From IMG/VR virus record IMGVR_UViG_3300036818_000127, positions 45,418 through 109,417 of that record: 64,000 bases of DNA. One strand, given 5' to 3'. This DNA comes from a virus. The translations under genes were made by a program, and so were the position numbers. A model generated the notes under the pieces. That model was not told where the DNA came from. It ran no database searches and was given only the letters and a program-made list of their open reading frames with translations. This document shows positions 10,972-22,587 of the stretch, one piece after another. The stretch's first letter is position 1. Every line of letters starts with the position of its first letter.

Positions 10972-11037
10972 GTGTTTTAGGATGGATATCAGGCAATATT
11001 TTATTCTTTCACAAAACTGATGCAGGAACATCACGCC

Positions 11038-11092
11038 TTGACAAGGATACTATAACCAGCTAAACTTATACTATATCTTCCATAAACAGTCA
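11038..11092 (+). promoter_or_regulatory. promoter (TTGACA-17-TAAACT) with an operator-like copy of the conserved spacer motif over its start site
   Basis: ttgaca 11038-43, taaact 11061-66, then tatactatatcttccataaacagtca (inverted motif with a broken -35). Confidence 0.6.
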
Positions 11093-11112
11093 GGAGAGAG
11101 AGAAAAAAACAT

Positions 11113-11886
11113 ATGCAAGAAGAAATAGTTACACCCATCCCCAAGGACCATCTAGCACTACTGTCAGGTATGTCCTTGTCATGGATACGCATACTCATTG
11201 ACAGAGGAAGCCTTCCAGCACTGAAGCTTGTCCAGGATGAAGAGACATTAGAGAGTATCCTCGTGCCTTATACTCCGCGTGTCAAAAAGGCAAAGCCCCA
11301 AAGTTTATTCATCGCACCGGATGTGGCTGCGGAATATGTCCAGATACATCGGACAACAGCACATCATATAAAGCAAGGGGAAATGGTTACTCCAGTGCCG
11401 CTTTCCCATCTTTCAAAGCGTGTAGGGATTGGAGTAGAATCGCTCTATAATGCTATCGATCACGGGAACCTCCAGGCAGTAGAGTTTGTTTTCGATGCAG
11501 ATCTACTCTCTTCAAGTCTAGTGCTGTATGTACCCAATTCAGAATCTAGACAGGGGAAAGCACTGTATGTTCTACCTGCTGAAGCAAAGCGATTTGTTGA
11601 AGCAAAACAGCAGCAGCATGCCAAGTTTCTAGCATCCAGGCACACTGAGCCCATGGATATAAATCCTGGATTTGAGCAAGAAGTCCTGAAAGCAGCGCAG
11701 GCTGTGAAGCAAGAACATCCGCAGGGGATAGTTGAGAGGAAGAAAGTCCAGGAGAGGATGACGGTGCCCTCTTATGGAAAGGAACAGATAAAAGCTATTA
11801 AATATATCATGGATCAGCACCTTAATGAGTTTCCGCCACCGAGACGTGGGCCTTATACATTCCTGGCAAAGAAGGAGGGAGAATAG
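11113..11886 (+). CDS. putative regulator with two tandem MerR/Xis-like HTH domains
   Basis: Internal duplication VTPIPKDHLALLSGMSLSWIRILIDRGSLPA / VTPVPLSHLSKRVGIGVESLYNAIDHGNLQA. Confidence 0.6.
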   Translation: MQEEIVTPIPKDHLALLSGMSLSWIRILIDRGSLPALKLVQDEETLESILVPYTPRVKKAKPQSLFIAPDVAAEYVQIHRTTAHHIKQGEMVTPVPLSHLSKRVGIGVESLYNAIDHGNLQAVEFVFDADLLSSSLVLYVPNSESRQGKALYVLPAEAKRFVEAKQQQHAKFLASRHTEPMDINPGFEQEVLKAAQAVKQEHPQGIVERKKVQERMTVPSYGKEQIKAIKYIMDQHLNEFPPPRRGPYTFLAKKEGE

Positions 11887-12220
11887 GATGCCATTCTACG
11901 CCCCAGGTGGACTCAAAATTTACATCCAGGCTATTCTTCAAGAGGGCCTGGATTTTGAGACCGAGCTACCTATAAACTTCCCGCGAAACCTTGAGAGCCT
12001 AGAGGAGCTTCGCGTGATTCATTCTGCGATGATCAAGAAACAGAAAGAGGTCAGTAACCTCTATAACTACCTTATTCTCATTATCGACTCTCATAACCGA
12101 GGGGAGTATATCGGTTCTGTTATTGAGTATATACTTTCCACCAAGCATATCCAGGCAGTCAAGGAATATCTTGGAAAGCTTCAGCTCTGGACAAAAGAGC
12201 TAGAGGACAGAATTAGAATA

Positions 12221-12955
12221 CTAAAGAGCATGTAAATCCTGCTGGAGTGCTGCCCAATTGATAGCATTAGGGGCCACTCCATTTGCAAAGAAGTCTAGAG
12301 AGAGTACCCCATAGGACTCATCGCAATACTGGCCCCAGAAGCTCCAGGTCATCTTTTTAAGAGCACCCCAGGTAACTACCGTCAGATAATGAGAGTCCCA
12401 GGCCACCACGTTGCAACAATGTCCGCCCCAACTTCCAGGGGCTCCTCTTCCATGTGGTCCACCGCTAGGCACAGCCCAAATAGCCTGACTCTCTGCTGAG
12501 ATGGGGAGGGCAAGCCCGATGTATACGCCGCCAAACAAGTAGACTGCTGCCTTGATATGAGTATGATTGGTCGGCTCTAAGGCTACATATGAATCAATCT
12601 TGCGGCCAGCGATTCCTGTATGCCTCCAATAATTGAGCACATCTAAGCAGTATGCGCCATTGTCATTGGCACCTGTCTGGGGGTTGTAGCCGCTAACATC
12701 GGAGTAGGCTTTAATGATGTCGCTATCTGAGGGGATGATCTCAGTACTGGCGTTAGCAGTCCATGCCTCTTCCATGTGAGCACTAGAAGAAATTGTGCAG
12801 CAGCCCAGACGGTCATTGGCGAGCATGTTCCAGGTCGAAACCTTTGGGCTCCAGTCCTTTTGAGCAGGGATTGGAGGTAATGCCTCGGGGCGAAGGTAGT
12901 TAGCAAGCTGAAGAGTTCGGTGGTCGTGTTTCGTTGGAAGTTTTCCAAGTTTCAT
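12221..12955 (-). CDS. papain-like (C1/C39 clan) cysteine peptidase-like protein
   Basis: NDRLGCCT catalytic Cys region, WGGHC His motif, VVTWG. Confidence 0.7.
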   Translation of the reverse strand: MKLGKLPTKHDHRTLQLANYLRPEALPPIPAQKDWSPKVSTWNMLANDRLGCCTISSSAHMEEAWTANASTEIIPSDSDIIKAYSDVSGYNPQTGANDNGAYCLDVLNYWRHTGIAGRKIDSYVALEPTNHTHIKAAVYLFGGVYIGLALPISAESQAIWAVPSGGPHGRGAPGSWGGHCCNVVAWDSHYLTVVTWGALKKMTWSFWGQYCDESYGVLSLDFFANGVAPNAINWAALQQDLHAL

Positions 12956-14355
12956 CAAAATTCTCCTTAGATACAATGTTAGAACAAGTCATCCTAATTG
13001 TATCATGACTTGTTCTAACATGTCAGGGAGAAGGGATAAGCGCCTATGACATTTCTTCGTAGGCTTGCCACGCCTGATCAACTTGGATGCGGAGCAGACC
13101 AATGGAATATTCTACTTTTGCAATTTTTCGATTGAAGGGCTCCCAGGCAGCGCAGATAGCCTGAACCTTCTCATCAACAGAACCCTTACAAGTAATTCTT
13201 GCTGTCCTTGCAGCATCCTCACCAGCGATTTGAAGCCTCTTCATTTCTTCTTTAGCCATGCTCAAGGACTTAAGTGCTGTCTGGTATGCATAATAAAGTG
13301 TTGTTACGTTCATTTTTGTTTTCTCCTAAGAAAGAGGGAAGGGAATACCCTTCCCAGATGATTTTACTGATGTCTACGCTCATCGTTGTAGAGGATATCT
13401 TCAAGCTCGGACTCATCATAGTCAACACCCGTCCTTAAATCATACACAACATCCTCATCCTTCTCTTCTTCTCTTCTCAGAGAAATTACTGATCTCTCAA
13501 GTCCTGACTTTACAAAGATGTTCCAGTACTCATCGCTACCTTCAACAAGAACGGTATCAAAAACATTTTCGCCACCTACAGCGATCTTTCGTAGTTGCCC
13601 TGCTACCAATTCAGCAGTTTCTTGTGTGTGTCGTTTTACCATGATATTTTCTCCTTTTATGATTGCAGTCCTGCTGCAACTATTTCCATAGCCTGGATTT
13701 GATCCCTAAGCTTACTAGCCTCTACATAGGCTTCGATATACGCATCGCCTGTTGGATTTTCGATGAGCGACTGCTTTATCTTATTTTGATACTCTAAAGC
13801 CTTCCCTAAAATGCTGATCGAGTTCAGCAAAGATGCTAGGCTATGCTCGCGGAATGCAAGGACTCCGCGCTGTAGGTCGTCATTTTTCATAGTATTTTCT
13901 CCTTTATTTACTGCTCTAAACAATTCAAACAAAGCTCACGATTTTCATGGGATCTATAATGAAGGCTGCATTTTGAACACTGGCGGGCTGCACCATGTAT
14001 TCTTATCTGCAATTCCTCTGCCTTGGCTGCTTCGCGCTCTTTCGCGGCTTTCCTCGATGCCCTCATGGCTTTCTGCACTGCGGGGGACATTGAGTTTTCT
14101 GCCGCTTTTGCCTGACGGGCTGTTACTTGTTTACTCCTTCATGTGTACTTGATATTTACTGATTGTTTGATCTAGACAAATACATGTCTAGATATGCATC
14201 CATTGCATCGGACAACTCCTGCTGCAACTCTTCCAGTGTGAGCAGCCCCCATTCCCAAAGGTCCCAAGTGGTATAGGTGGTAACTGCATTATATGTAACT
14301 TCCATGATTGCTTACTCCTTGTTTACTAACTTGTTTAACTTCTTGATCTATAATA

Positions 14356-14384
14356 AGTATAGCATATCTTCCATAAACTGTCAA
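14356..14384 (-). promoter_or_regulatory. conserved early promoter, copy 4
   Basis: exact consensus, divergent from copy 5. Confidence 0.85.
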
Positions 14385-14501
14385 GCTTTTTATGGTGAAT
14401 ACTAGCCAGTTTCCTACTCCTATAGAATACTCACCTAAATGCATCAATTCTTCTTATTTTTAGCCTTCTATAGGAACAATTTTAAACTGGACCCAAAACC
14501 C

Positions 14502-14530
14502 TTGACAGTTTATGGAAGATATGCTATACT
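14502..14530 (+). promoter_or_regulatory. conserved early promoter, copy 5
   Basis: exact consensus. Confidence 0.85.
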
Positions 14531-14903
14531 TTCTATAGATCAAGAAGTTAAACAAGAAGTTCTAAAGGAGCAAACAATCATGGCAACCAATAAAACCATC
14601 AAAGTCGGAGAGATGTCGGATACCGGAATACTTGTAACAGCAGCACGCGAATTTGCAAAAACATATGGGCAAGTGAAAGAGGATTGGGAAAAAGTTGAAA
14701 ACCTGTATACTTTCTATAAAAAGGAAATTGCAGACAAGCTTATAAAAGAGCAGCTGGGAGAGGACTATCTCCTAGATATTGAAGAGTGTAGAGAGTACCT
14801 TGCAGGTGAAGAAGAATGGGATGCAGAACAAAGGAATAGAGAAGCAGAAAAAATGTATCATTCAGTATATGAGTCTCTTGGAGTGATTGAAGGCTAGGTT
14901 AGT

Positions 14904-14955
14904 AGACCAGAGGTACTAGGGAAACTTAGTACCTGGGGCTTGCTAAGTGAGCAAG
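14904..14955 (+). repeat. 52-bp direct repeat, copy 1 (copy 2 at 16170-16221)
   Basis: agaccagaggtactagggaaacttagtacctggggcttgctaagtgagcaag at both sites; contains a hairpin. Confidence 0.9.
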
Positions 14956-15355
14956 GATATCAAGAAGGGATTATACTTTTATGACTGGTCATGATTTAGC
15001 ACAGGTTATCATTTGTATTCAGGAATGTAAGTCCCAGGGCATACGATGTGAGGTTACTCCCTCACTCGTCTTTGGGATGGCGAGTGTTATTGATCCAACA
15101 GTTACGATGGAGCAGTGCAAGGAAGCTATTGAAGTATCAGTACACGGCCATGAAGCAGAGTGGGACAAAAAGGTAGACGACGCTGAAAAAGCTGAGTATC
15201 AATCTTGGCTTGATAGAGGCGAGGCTGAATACGACAATACAAGCTGGTGGCGATACAGCTAGCAGACAACTGCACCAGGAGCAATTCTTAGTACAAAGGC
15301 TACCTCATACTAAGAATTGCTAGGTAGGTAAGAACAAAAGAAAGAGAAGTCTTCG

Positions 15356-16129
15356 ATGAGTAATATCCCATACAAGCAATGCACAGGACCTTGCAGACAA
15401 GAATATCCTGCAACTACTGAATATTGGTATTCTGAAAAAAGGTCAAAGGATGGATTCAGAAACAGATGCAGAAAATGCATAAAATGGCATCAAAAAGAAT
15501 ACCAACAACAAACAGAAGTCCAGGAGCAAAAAAAAGATTATAACAAAGAGTACTATGGTAGACCAGAAGTTAAAGAACAGCGTAAGGAGTCCTTCAAGCA
15601 ATACAGCAAGGAGTATTATAGCCGTCCAAAAGTTAAAGAACAGCGTAAAAAATATTACAGCCGCCTAGAAGCAATAGAACAGCGCAAGGAGTATTATAGC
15701 CGTCCAAAAGTTAAACAACATAAAAAGGAGTACAACAATCGTCCAGAAGTACAAGAACGACATAAGGAGTTCTTTAAACAATACGGCAAAGAGTACCGTA
15801 ATCGTCCAGAAGTACAAGAACGTCTTCGTGTACATAGGATTAATCGTCGGGCACGCGAACATTCTGTTTTAGGAAAACATAGTCCTCAACAGATTAAAAA
15901 TCAACTTAGGCATCAAAAACATAAATGCTACTATTGTCATAAACGTTTACGGAGGACTAAGGGAAAGTATGTTTATCACATAGAACATACTTTCCCTTTA
16001 AGCAGGGTAGCAGGTACTACTATACCTGCTAACAGCATTGAGTACATAGTGTTAGCTTGCCCTGCTTGCAATTTAAACAAAGGAGACAAATTTCCATGGG
16101 AGTATCCAGAAGGGGGAAGACTACTATAA
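15356..16129 (+). CDS. HNH (homing-type) endonuclease with internal helical repeats
   Basis: CYYC...HIEHTFPLSR...NSIEYIVLACPACNLNKG; tandem YYSRPxVKEQRKE repeats; N-terminal Cys cluster. Confidence 0.9.
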   Translation: MSNIPYKQCTGPCRQEYPATTEYWYSEKRSKDGFRNRCRKCIKWHQKEYQQQTEVQEQKKDYNKEYYGRPEVKEQRKESFKQYSKEYYSRPKVKEQRKKYYSRLEAIEQRKEYYSRPKVKQHKKEYNNRPEVQERHKEFFKQYGKEYRNRPEVQERLRVHRINRRAREHSVLGKHSPQQIKNQLRHQKHKCYYCHKRLRRTKGKYVYHIEHTFPLSRVAGTTIPANSIEYIVLACPACNLNKGDKFPWEYPEGGRLL

Positions 16130-16169
16130 GGAAGATAACCAATAAATACAGAACAGGTAATCACTTATC

Positions 16170-16221
16170 AGACCAGAGGTACTAGGGAAACTTAGTACCT
16201 GGGGCTTGCTAAGTGAGCAAG
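16170..16221 (+). repeat. 52-bp direct repeat, copy 2
   Basis: identical to 14904-14955. Confidence 0.9.
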
Positions 16222-16248
16222 ATTATCTTACTTAAAGGAGCACAACCC

Positions 16249-16911
16249 ATGGCAACCGATACCAAACTAGTTCTCTCAAAAATCAAGAAGTTGCTGGCGC
16301 TATCAACCTCCAGCAACCCTAATGAAGCGGCAGCGGCAGCGGCGAAAGCCCAGGAGCTGCTCATGCTCCACAATCTTAGCATGAGTCAGATCCAGACACA
16401 AGAGCCATCTAGCTATGAACAGACATTCTTAAATCTAGGTAGGAGTATCTGGAAGCGAGTGCTGCTTTCAGTTATTGCACGAAATAATTTCTGTGAAGTA
16501 GTCTATACTCCCTCCAAGGCGGAGTCTGCTCTCATTGGTGAGGCGCACAATCGTGAGGTGGTGACCTACCTCTATCACTATCTCATCGGGCAATTAGAGC
16601 CAATGGCAATAGACGCCTATCACCGATCTCTTTCATCTATGCATGCCAAGAGCTGGCTTGATGCCTTCTATATGGGAGCTGCCACAAGTATCGACCATCG
16701 ATTGGAGGAACAGCAACGAGAAATGGAAGCCGCATCAAATGCATGCAAGGCTCTTATTATCAGCAAGGATGCAGAGTTAAAATCTGCAATGCGACATTTC
16801 TACCCACAAACTAAGAATGGAAGCTCGAAGCGGATAAGAAGCAAAGATGGCTACTATTCAGGCCAGGAGGCAGGCAGAAAAGTAGCACTCAACCGAGGGA
16901 TTGAGGCATAG
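16249..16911 (+). CDS. DUF2786-domain protein
   Basis: KIKKLLALSTSSNPNEAAAAAAKAQELLMLHNL signature. Confidence 0.8.
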   Translation: MATDTKLVLSKIKKLLALSTSSNPNEAAAAAAKAQELLMLHNLSMSQIQTQEPSSYEQTFLNLGRSIWKRVLLSVIARNNFCEVVYTPSKAESALIGEAHNREVVTYLYHYLIGQLEPMAIDAYHRSLSSMHAKSWLDAFYMGAATSIDHRLEEQQREMEAASNACKALIISKDAELKSAMRHFYPQTKNGSSKRIRSKDGYYSGQEAGRKVALNRGIEA

Positions 16912-17003
16912 CAAGAAGGCGATAAGACTTCTAGGTCTTCAGAGCACTCATAATGCTCATCGCCATTTAAAATTATTCAACGGAATATTCACCCATAAGG
17001 GGC

Positions 17004-17032
17004 TTGACAGTTTATGGAAGATATGATATACT
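17004..17032 (+). promoter_or_regulatory. conserved early promoter, copy 6
   Basis: TTGACA-gtttatggaagatatga-TATACT. Confidence 0.85.
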
Positions 17033-17075
17033 TACTAGTAGATAAGAGTACTACTAGTAAACAAGGAGATTTGAA

Positions 17076-17435
17076 ATGGCGATCAACTACTTCTATCAGT
17101 CAAGGGTGCTAAAGGAATTAGTCATAGATGAGGATGAAAAGGGCGTATTTATAACAATGCCCTCTGAAAGTGAAAAGGGTGTATTTCACATTGTTAGGTG
17201 TATAGAGGACGGCAGAGGAATGTATGTTGATAGATGCGACTGTACTGGCTACAAATACAAGAGATATTGCCAGCACTGCACGATTGTCTCAGAGTATTGG
17301 GAGGGCATCTACAAAAAGTCTTCTCCGGCCAAAGAAGAGAAGGTTGTTGGGCTGGAGGTAGTGGACAACAAATCAGAAGATTGGACAAAGGAAGCTCCAC
17401 TTGGAGGGACCAGAAAGTATAGCTTGCTTAGATAG
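17076..17435 (+). CDS. SWIM zinc-finger protein
   Basis: CDCTGYKYKRYCQH (CxC-x-CxH). Confidence 0.7.
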   Translation: MAINYFYQSRVLKELVIDEDEKGVFITMPSESEKGVFHIVRCIEDGRGMYVDRCDCTGYKYKRYCQHCTIVSEYWEGIYKKSSPAKEEKVVGLEVVDNKSEDWTKEAPLGGTRKYSLLR

Positions 17436-18522
17436 CAAGCTATAGAGGGAAAGGACACTTCAAAATGAAACAGTTACTTGGAGTTGGGCTGCTTAGCTGG
17501 CCCCGATATGAGCGAATGTCAGGAAGGTACGGGCTAGTGGCCCTATTCCGGCCTGGAACTGAGGGTGAAGATGGTCTGCAAGGGTATCCCTTGAATACAG
17601 AGACCATCGCCCTCATAGTAGGAAATCGCGGTTCTCTTATTGCAGTCCTGGATGGTCAAGAGATTGACCTTGGTTCAGGCAAGCTATTTACTGAGTTTCA
17701 GTATGACATCATCTATGTCGGATTGAAGCCTGATGAGCCTAGAGAAGAGAACTGGCTCAACGTCGATAACCTCTACAAAGTAGATGGGATCATGCATCAC
17801 CGAACAATAGAGCTATACTTCCAACCAAGATAAGCCATCTACTGAAAAATTGGAGCAGGGAAATTACATGTTCAAACACGTTATATGGCTTCTCACCATT
17901 GCAAAACGAGATGTAGCAAGAGAGTGGATCAAACACAATTTTGATGTATTCACGGACGAGGCTTTCGTCCTCTCGAAGATCTACACATTCTATACAGCCG
18001 CTTCTCTCAACGAGGAGCAAGTAGCCCAGATTTCAAACATCGTAGGGCTTGAAGAGCATTTCTTAAATGAAGAAATGTAAAGGAGCAACACATGTACATT
18101 GATTATAACGGCAGGGAAATCGAGGACTTGGAAATGGAAAACATGAGACGAGATGCAAGAGAGGAGCAAAAACAGGAGCAACACTCCACTATGATGTGTA
18201 ATGATGGGACACAGTTAACGTTTTACACCTCAAACGGCTTTTTAGTCATAGCACGCCACGATGGTGAATTGCTACTTAGTAGTTATACCATCACACTTGC
18301 AACTGACGAGATCAATGAGCTTCAAGTATTCCTGGCAAGTCTGGTAGAGACTGATCCAGAAGAGTCGGACCTGGAATACAAAGAACTAGTTGATCTTGAA
18401 GGCGGATGAGCCTAAGAACTACCTAGAGAATTAGTAATCTATACATCAACTGGAGCAGGCTTGCTACTTGCTCCAGTTTTTTGTTGCCTTCAAATATTGC
18501 CCTAAATACCCCTTATAGCTGC

Positions 18523-18551
18523 TTGACAGTTTATGGAAGATATGCTATACT
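18523..18551 (+). promoter_or_regulatory. conserved early promoter, copy 7
   Basis: Exact consensus, preceded by a terminator hairpin (18449-18482). The same module is found inverted at ~8345-8486. Confidence 0.85.
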
Positions 18552-20134
18552 TACAGTAGATCAAAAGTTAGTCAAGTTAGTATCAAAGGAGCAAATCAAA
18601 TGACAGTACTTACTACCCCAACTACTATTCAGCGCATGTGGGATACCAAAGTATCTCAGTGTCCACGAAACAAAACTACCATGATGGTAGCAATCCCCAG
18701 TCGTAACATCGCTAGCGGCGAGTATGTAAGCAGCTATGGATCTGGGCAGTCCCATAGTGATATCTTCTTCAAGTACATGAATTTCCGCAGGCAGCAGGAG
18801 GCGGAAATCACTACTCAGGTGGTGGTGGATAACATCATTATCACTGTCCACTATAAAGGAAAATTAGGGAAATATAACATGGAAGAAATCAATCTCTTCT
18901 GCCAGAAGGGGTTTATTAAGGATATATCCTACTAAAATTAATGAGGGGAGATTCATTTCTCCCCTCAAAAGGAGAAACAAAGTGAAATATAAAGTAATGT
19001 TCAGCTCAGTCGATGGGGCTGGCTACATCAATCAAGAGAACCGAGCACCAGGGGCTCCTGAGATCCCAAAGAAGTGGGATACGAAGGCGGAAGCGCAAGC
19101 AGTTGCTGCCCAGCATAATGAAGACTGCAAAAAGGATAATAACCCTTGGGGGTATAGATACTCAGTAAAAGAAGATCGGTATATTAGGTAGTCGGGGAAC
19201 CACAAATTCCCCTAGTCCCGCAAGGGAAGGAGTATTTAAAATGCCACGACGCGATAGAGAGCACAGAATGAGCTTATCTGAAGCCCAGCGTATTAGGACC
19301 CAGATGGTCCGAGACTCTGAGCAGATAGCGCGAGATCACAAAGAACAAGAGGAAAGAGAGCGAGAGCTAAAGGATTATGAGCTAGAGATTAGCATCTCTA
19401 CTCCCTATGACAGGATCGACGAAGAGATGGCCCGCTTCTATCCAAACATTTGCCCCGATCCCTACTGGTGCCTCGGCGCTGACAGCAACAACTATTATGA
19501 AGAGGATGAGGTACCAGAGGGCGGGTATATAGAGACTGAAGAGAGCATGCAGCAGATTGCGGAGGTGGGCAGCAAGGCCAATAAAGAATGGCAAGACCAC
19601 CTGGAGCAAATGAAAAAAGAGCCCTGGTTTAATGAGCTAGGGGATTTAGATGAGCACCCGTTCTAATTTTCAAGAAAGGCAAAAACTAATGCTACACATG
19701 GACAGATACATTAATCCTGAGCATAAAGACATCAATGATTTCATTGAACTTGAAGGTGGGCTTATCGCTCATCGTTACGACATCATTTCGACCAGCCGTG
19801 TATGTTATGCAGTCTATGAGCGATCTGCACTATTCGCAGGCAAGCATACTAGCTTCTTGAGTAACGAAAAGTACGGAGTAATGGGAGATATTACAACCCG
19901 AGAGCTGCCAGCAGAACTGGAAGCCATGCGTCCTGGAAGTCAGGAGAGGTGCCATGCAGTTAATGCTTGGCATCGAGAGCTAGAGGCTTTAGCTGAAAAG
20001 TGCATTCGCAGTGCATTTTCAGAAGATTTTATAGTAGGGACCTAACAACTCCCTTAGCACCGAAAGAGGGAAGATGAGCTGTTTTTCATCTTTCCTCTTC
20101 TTTTTGTTTGGCTTTTTTAAACTACCCTTTCCTA

Positions 20135-20339
20135 CTTCAATTTTTTTCTACTATTTCTAGATTTTTCTACAACTTTTTGGTTATAGAGCCCAGGAAGGGG
20201 GCATACACCTAAGAGAGGATAGATTACCCTAGTAGGCACTAAAACTTCCAAAATGGCACTACAGGCCCATCTGAAGCACATGCTGGTTTTGCCGCTCTTA
20301 TGCATCCCTTTCCTCTCAAAACAAGGTCAATTGTTCTAA
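20135..20339 (-). repeat. ~205-bp inverted duplicate of 34635-34840
   Basis: long shared runs such as gcataagagcggcaaaaccagcatgtgcttcagatgggcctgtagtgccatt and aaccaaaaagttgtagaaaaatctagaaatagtagaa. Confidence 0.85.
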
Positions 20340-20353
20340 ATTCCCCCTCACCA

Positions 20354-21235
20354 TTAGGATACATTGATGCGCAGCATCCGGCCAGCTCCAGACTCAACCT
20401 TCGAGACCTTTAGATACTCCCGCTCAGAAAAGATATCTCCAGTTTGTTTGGCTGACAGGATTACCAGACCAACATTCTGGAGCTGCCGCATGATTCCAAC
20501 AATCTGGCTTGGTCGAACACTATGGCCGTGGAGAGCAAGAAGACTACTCACCTCATGTAGCGTTATGCCCAGACCTTCAGAGGGTAGCATATGAAAAATA
20601 GTTTCTGCCATCTTGCGTTGCCCAGCATTGCTGCCTAGTTGATATACATCAGCAGTAGGGGACAGCCCCCACTTCCCTAGAAAATGAACATCAAACTGAC
20701 AATCATCATCTCCCTTCTGCATACAGGCTATCTCTTGGACAGCAACCACCTCACTATACTTCTTACCTGCACCTTCAATGGCACCATAGAGGATAGGGCA
20801 GAGATGACGATGGCTATCATAGATGATGTGGATACCGAGCCCAGTGAGAGGTTCATATTGAAAAAGGGGTGGAACAATCTCTGATGAGGCATGATTTAGC
20901 TGCTGATGGGCCATGCGCATCGTGAGGAGAAGATCTCTTGCACTATGAATGCCCTCTAGGAGATGAGAGCAAACATGGCTAGTAAAATTATTTGTAATAA
21001 AGTATTCTCCATACAGATACAAGAGAATACTAGGTGCAACCCCAGTTACTTTTGATGTGGCAGTAACTCCCTTCAACAATACCTCATCAGGATAGGTGCG
21101 AGTAACCAGCGGGATGTCCGCACCTGTCCCTGCTATTGAACTTCGATATATTCCAAGTGCAACCTCGCCGTACCTATCTGCTAGAAACTTCTCCCAGGTC
21201 GCAAAAATAAGACCATGCACGTCTGCTACCTCCAT
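20354..21235 (-). CDS. H-NOX (heme NO-binding) / V4R domain protein
   Basis: HGLIF..WEKFL..YG start, YPD, GEYF, candidate proximal His (MAHQQL), YxSxR motif (YDSHR), V4R-like CMQKGDDDCQF. Confidence 0.8.
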   Translation of the reverse strand: MEVADVHGLIFATWEKFLADRYGEVALGIYRSSIAGTGADIPLVTRTYPDEVLLKGVTATSKVTGVAPSILLYLYGEYFITNNFTSHVCSHLLEGIHSARDLLLTMRMAHQQLNHASSEIVPPLFQYEPLTGLGIHIIYDSHRHLCPILYGAIEGAGKKYSEVVAVQEIACMQKGDDDCQFDVHFLGKWGLSPTADVYQLGSNAGQRKMAETIFHMLPSEGLGITLHEVSSLLALHGHSVRPSQIVGIMRQLQNVGLVILSAKQTGDIFSEREYLKVSKVESGAGRMLRINVS

Positions 21236-21300
21236 TGGCTCATACTGCTAACAAAAACTATGTTACACAGGAATTATACACTCCTGTGTAAGCTATAGTA

Positions 21301-22371
21301 TCAGAGGATGTCAATACCTAGCTGATTGCTAGCCATTGAAGGACAGAAGAGCGGCAACGTAAAATAGAAGCTACTCCCTTCTCCCTCTATCCCGCTCGAT
21401 TCAACCCAGATTTGTCCGCCCATGTTTTCTACCATGCGGCGGCAGTTGTACAGGCCAAGTCCCGTCCCGTCAACATGCCTTTCATCATGCAGTCGTGAGA
21501 ACTTCTGGAAAAGCTGACTGGCCTTCTCTGGGTCAATTCCATATCCTTGATCTTTAATGCAGACACAGGCGGCACCTTCATTGATGCCAATCTTAACAGA
21601 AATAGGCGTCCCTTTGGCTGCATACTTGAATGCATTATGTAAGAGGTTACGTAGCACACGCTGGACCTGCGTAATATCGGCTAGGACTTCTACTCCTGTC
21701 GGGATATGAAGATCAACAAGGGGATGTTCAAAGGTGTAAATATATCGAAGCAGTTCTTTTACCACTTGGTCAAGATGGAATGCTTCTAGCTGAGGCGGGG
21801 ACACATCATCGATGGCAGTCATAGCATCTCGAATATTTGAAGTAAGCCGAGCAACCTCATCACAGCTATAACTTGCCTGATCAAGAAACATTTGCTGCTC
21901 AGGAGCAGAGAGCTTTGCCCCATACTCTCTCAAAATACCGATTGACCCAATTGCCGTCGTCAATGGTGTCCTCATGTCATGATTGAGGTTTGCTAGGAAC
22001 TGGTCCTTGATCTGGTGAAACTCCTGTAGTCGGTCCATGGCAGATCGAAATGCTCCAATGGAGATAACGAGGATGAGGTCCGTGACTGTCCCTGAAATGA
22101 AAACGGCCAGGACATGAATAGACCATCCCTGATATACGGTGAGCAATACTATATGTATCCACAGTAGTCCCCACTCAAGAGCCAGTGCTTCTTTCCAGCT
22201 AAAGACCCAGCAGATGAACAATCCAAGGATCAGTAAAATAGAGGAAAAACCCCAATCGTGAAGAGAAATAATAAATGCTTCTTCTATGATAAATATGAAG
22301 ATCGCACTGAAGAAGCGAACACATATAGGCAATTGACGCAAATATAGAACATGATTTCTAATGGCGTCCAT
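21301..22371 (-). CDS. membrane sensor histidine kinase
   Basis: N-terminal TM helices; H-box NHDMRTPLT, N-box NLLHNAFKY, G1 DQGYGI, G2 GTGLGL. Confidence 0.95.
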   Translation of the reverse strand: MDAIRNHVLYLRQLPICVRFFSAIFIFIIEEAFIISLHDWGFSSILLILGLFICWVFSWKEALALEWGLLWIHIVLLTVYQGWSIHVLAVFISGTVTDLILVISIGAFRSAMDRLQEFHQIKDQFLANLNHDMRTPLTTAIGSIGILREYGAKLSAPEQQMFLDQASYSCDEVARLTSNIRDAMTAIDDVSPPQLEAFHLDQVVKELLRYIYTFEHPLVDLHIPTGVEVLADITQVQRVLRNLLHNAFKYAAKGTPISVKIGINEGAACVCIKDQGYGIDPEKASQLFQKFSRLHDERHVDGTGLGLYNCRRMVENMGGQIWVESSGIEGEGSSFYFTLPLFCPSMASNQLGIDIL

Positions 22372-22587
22372 ACTACCTCCCTATTAAATTTCTTCTTGAA
22401 AAGTACCATTGTTCAGTATACTACAGATATGCAAATATAGAACTAATCTATGTATTGTTCAGCTTATCACTCCAGTTTTAATACTCCTATCTGCATCTAA
22501 AATCCCTTGATCATAAGTATACTATATATAGGCCCGAATTGGCCCTGTAGAAAGAGAGGCAATTCTTGTAGAGTAGCACCTATCGAC

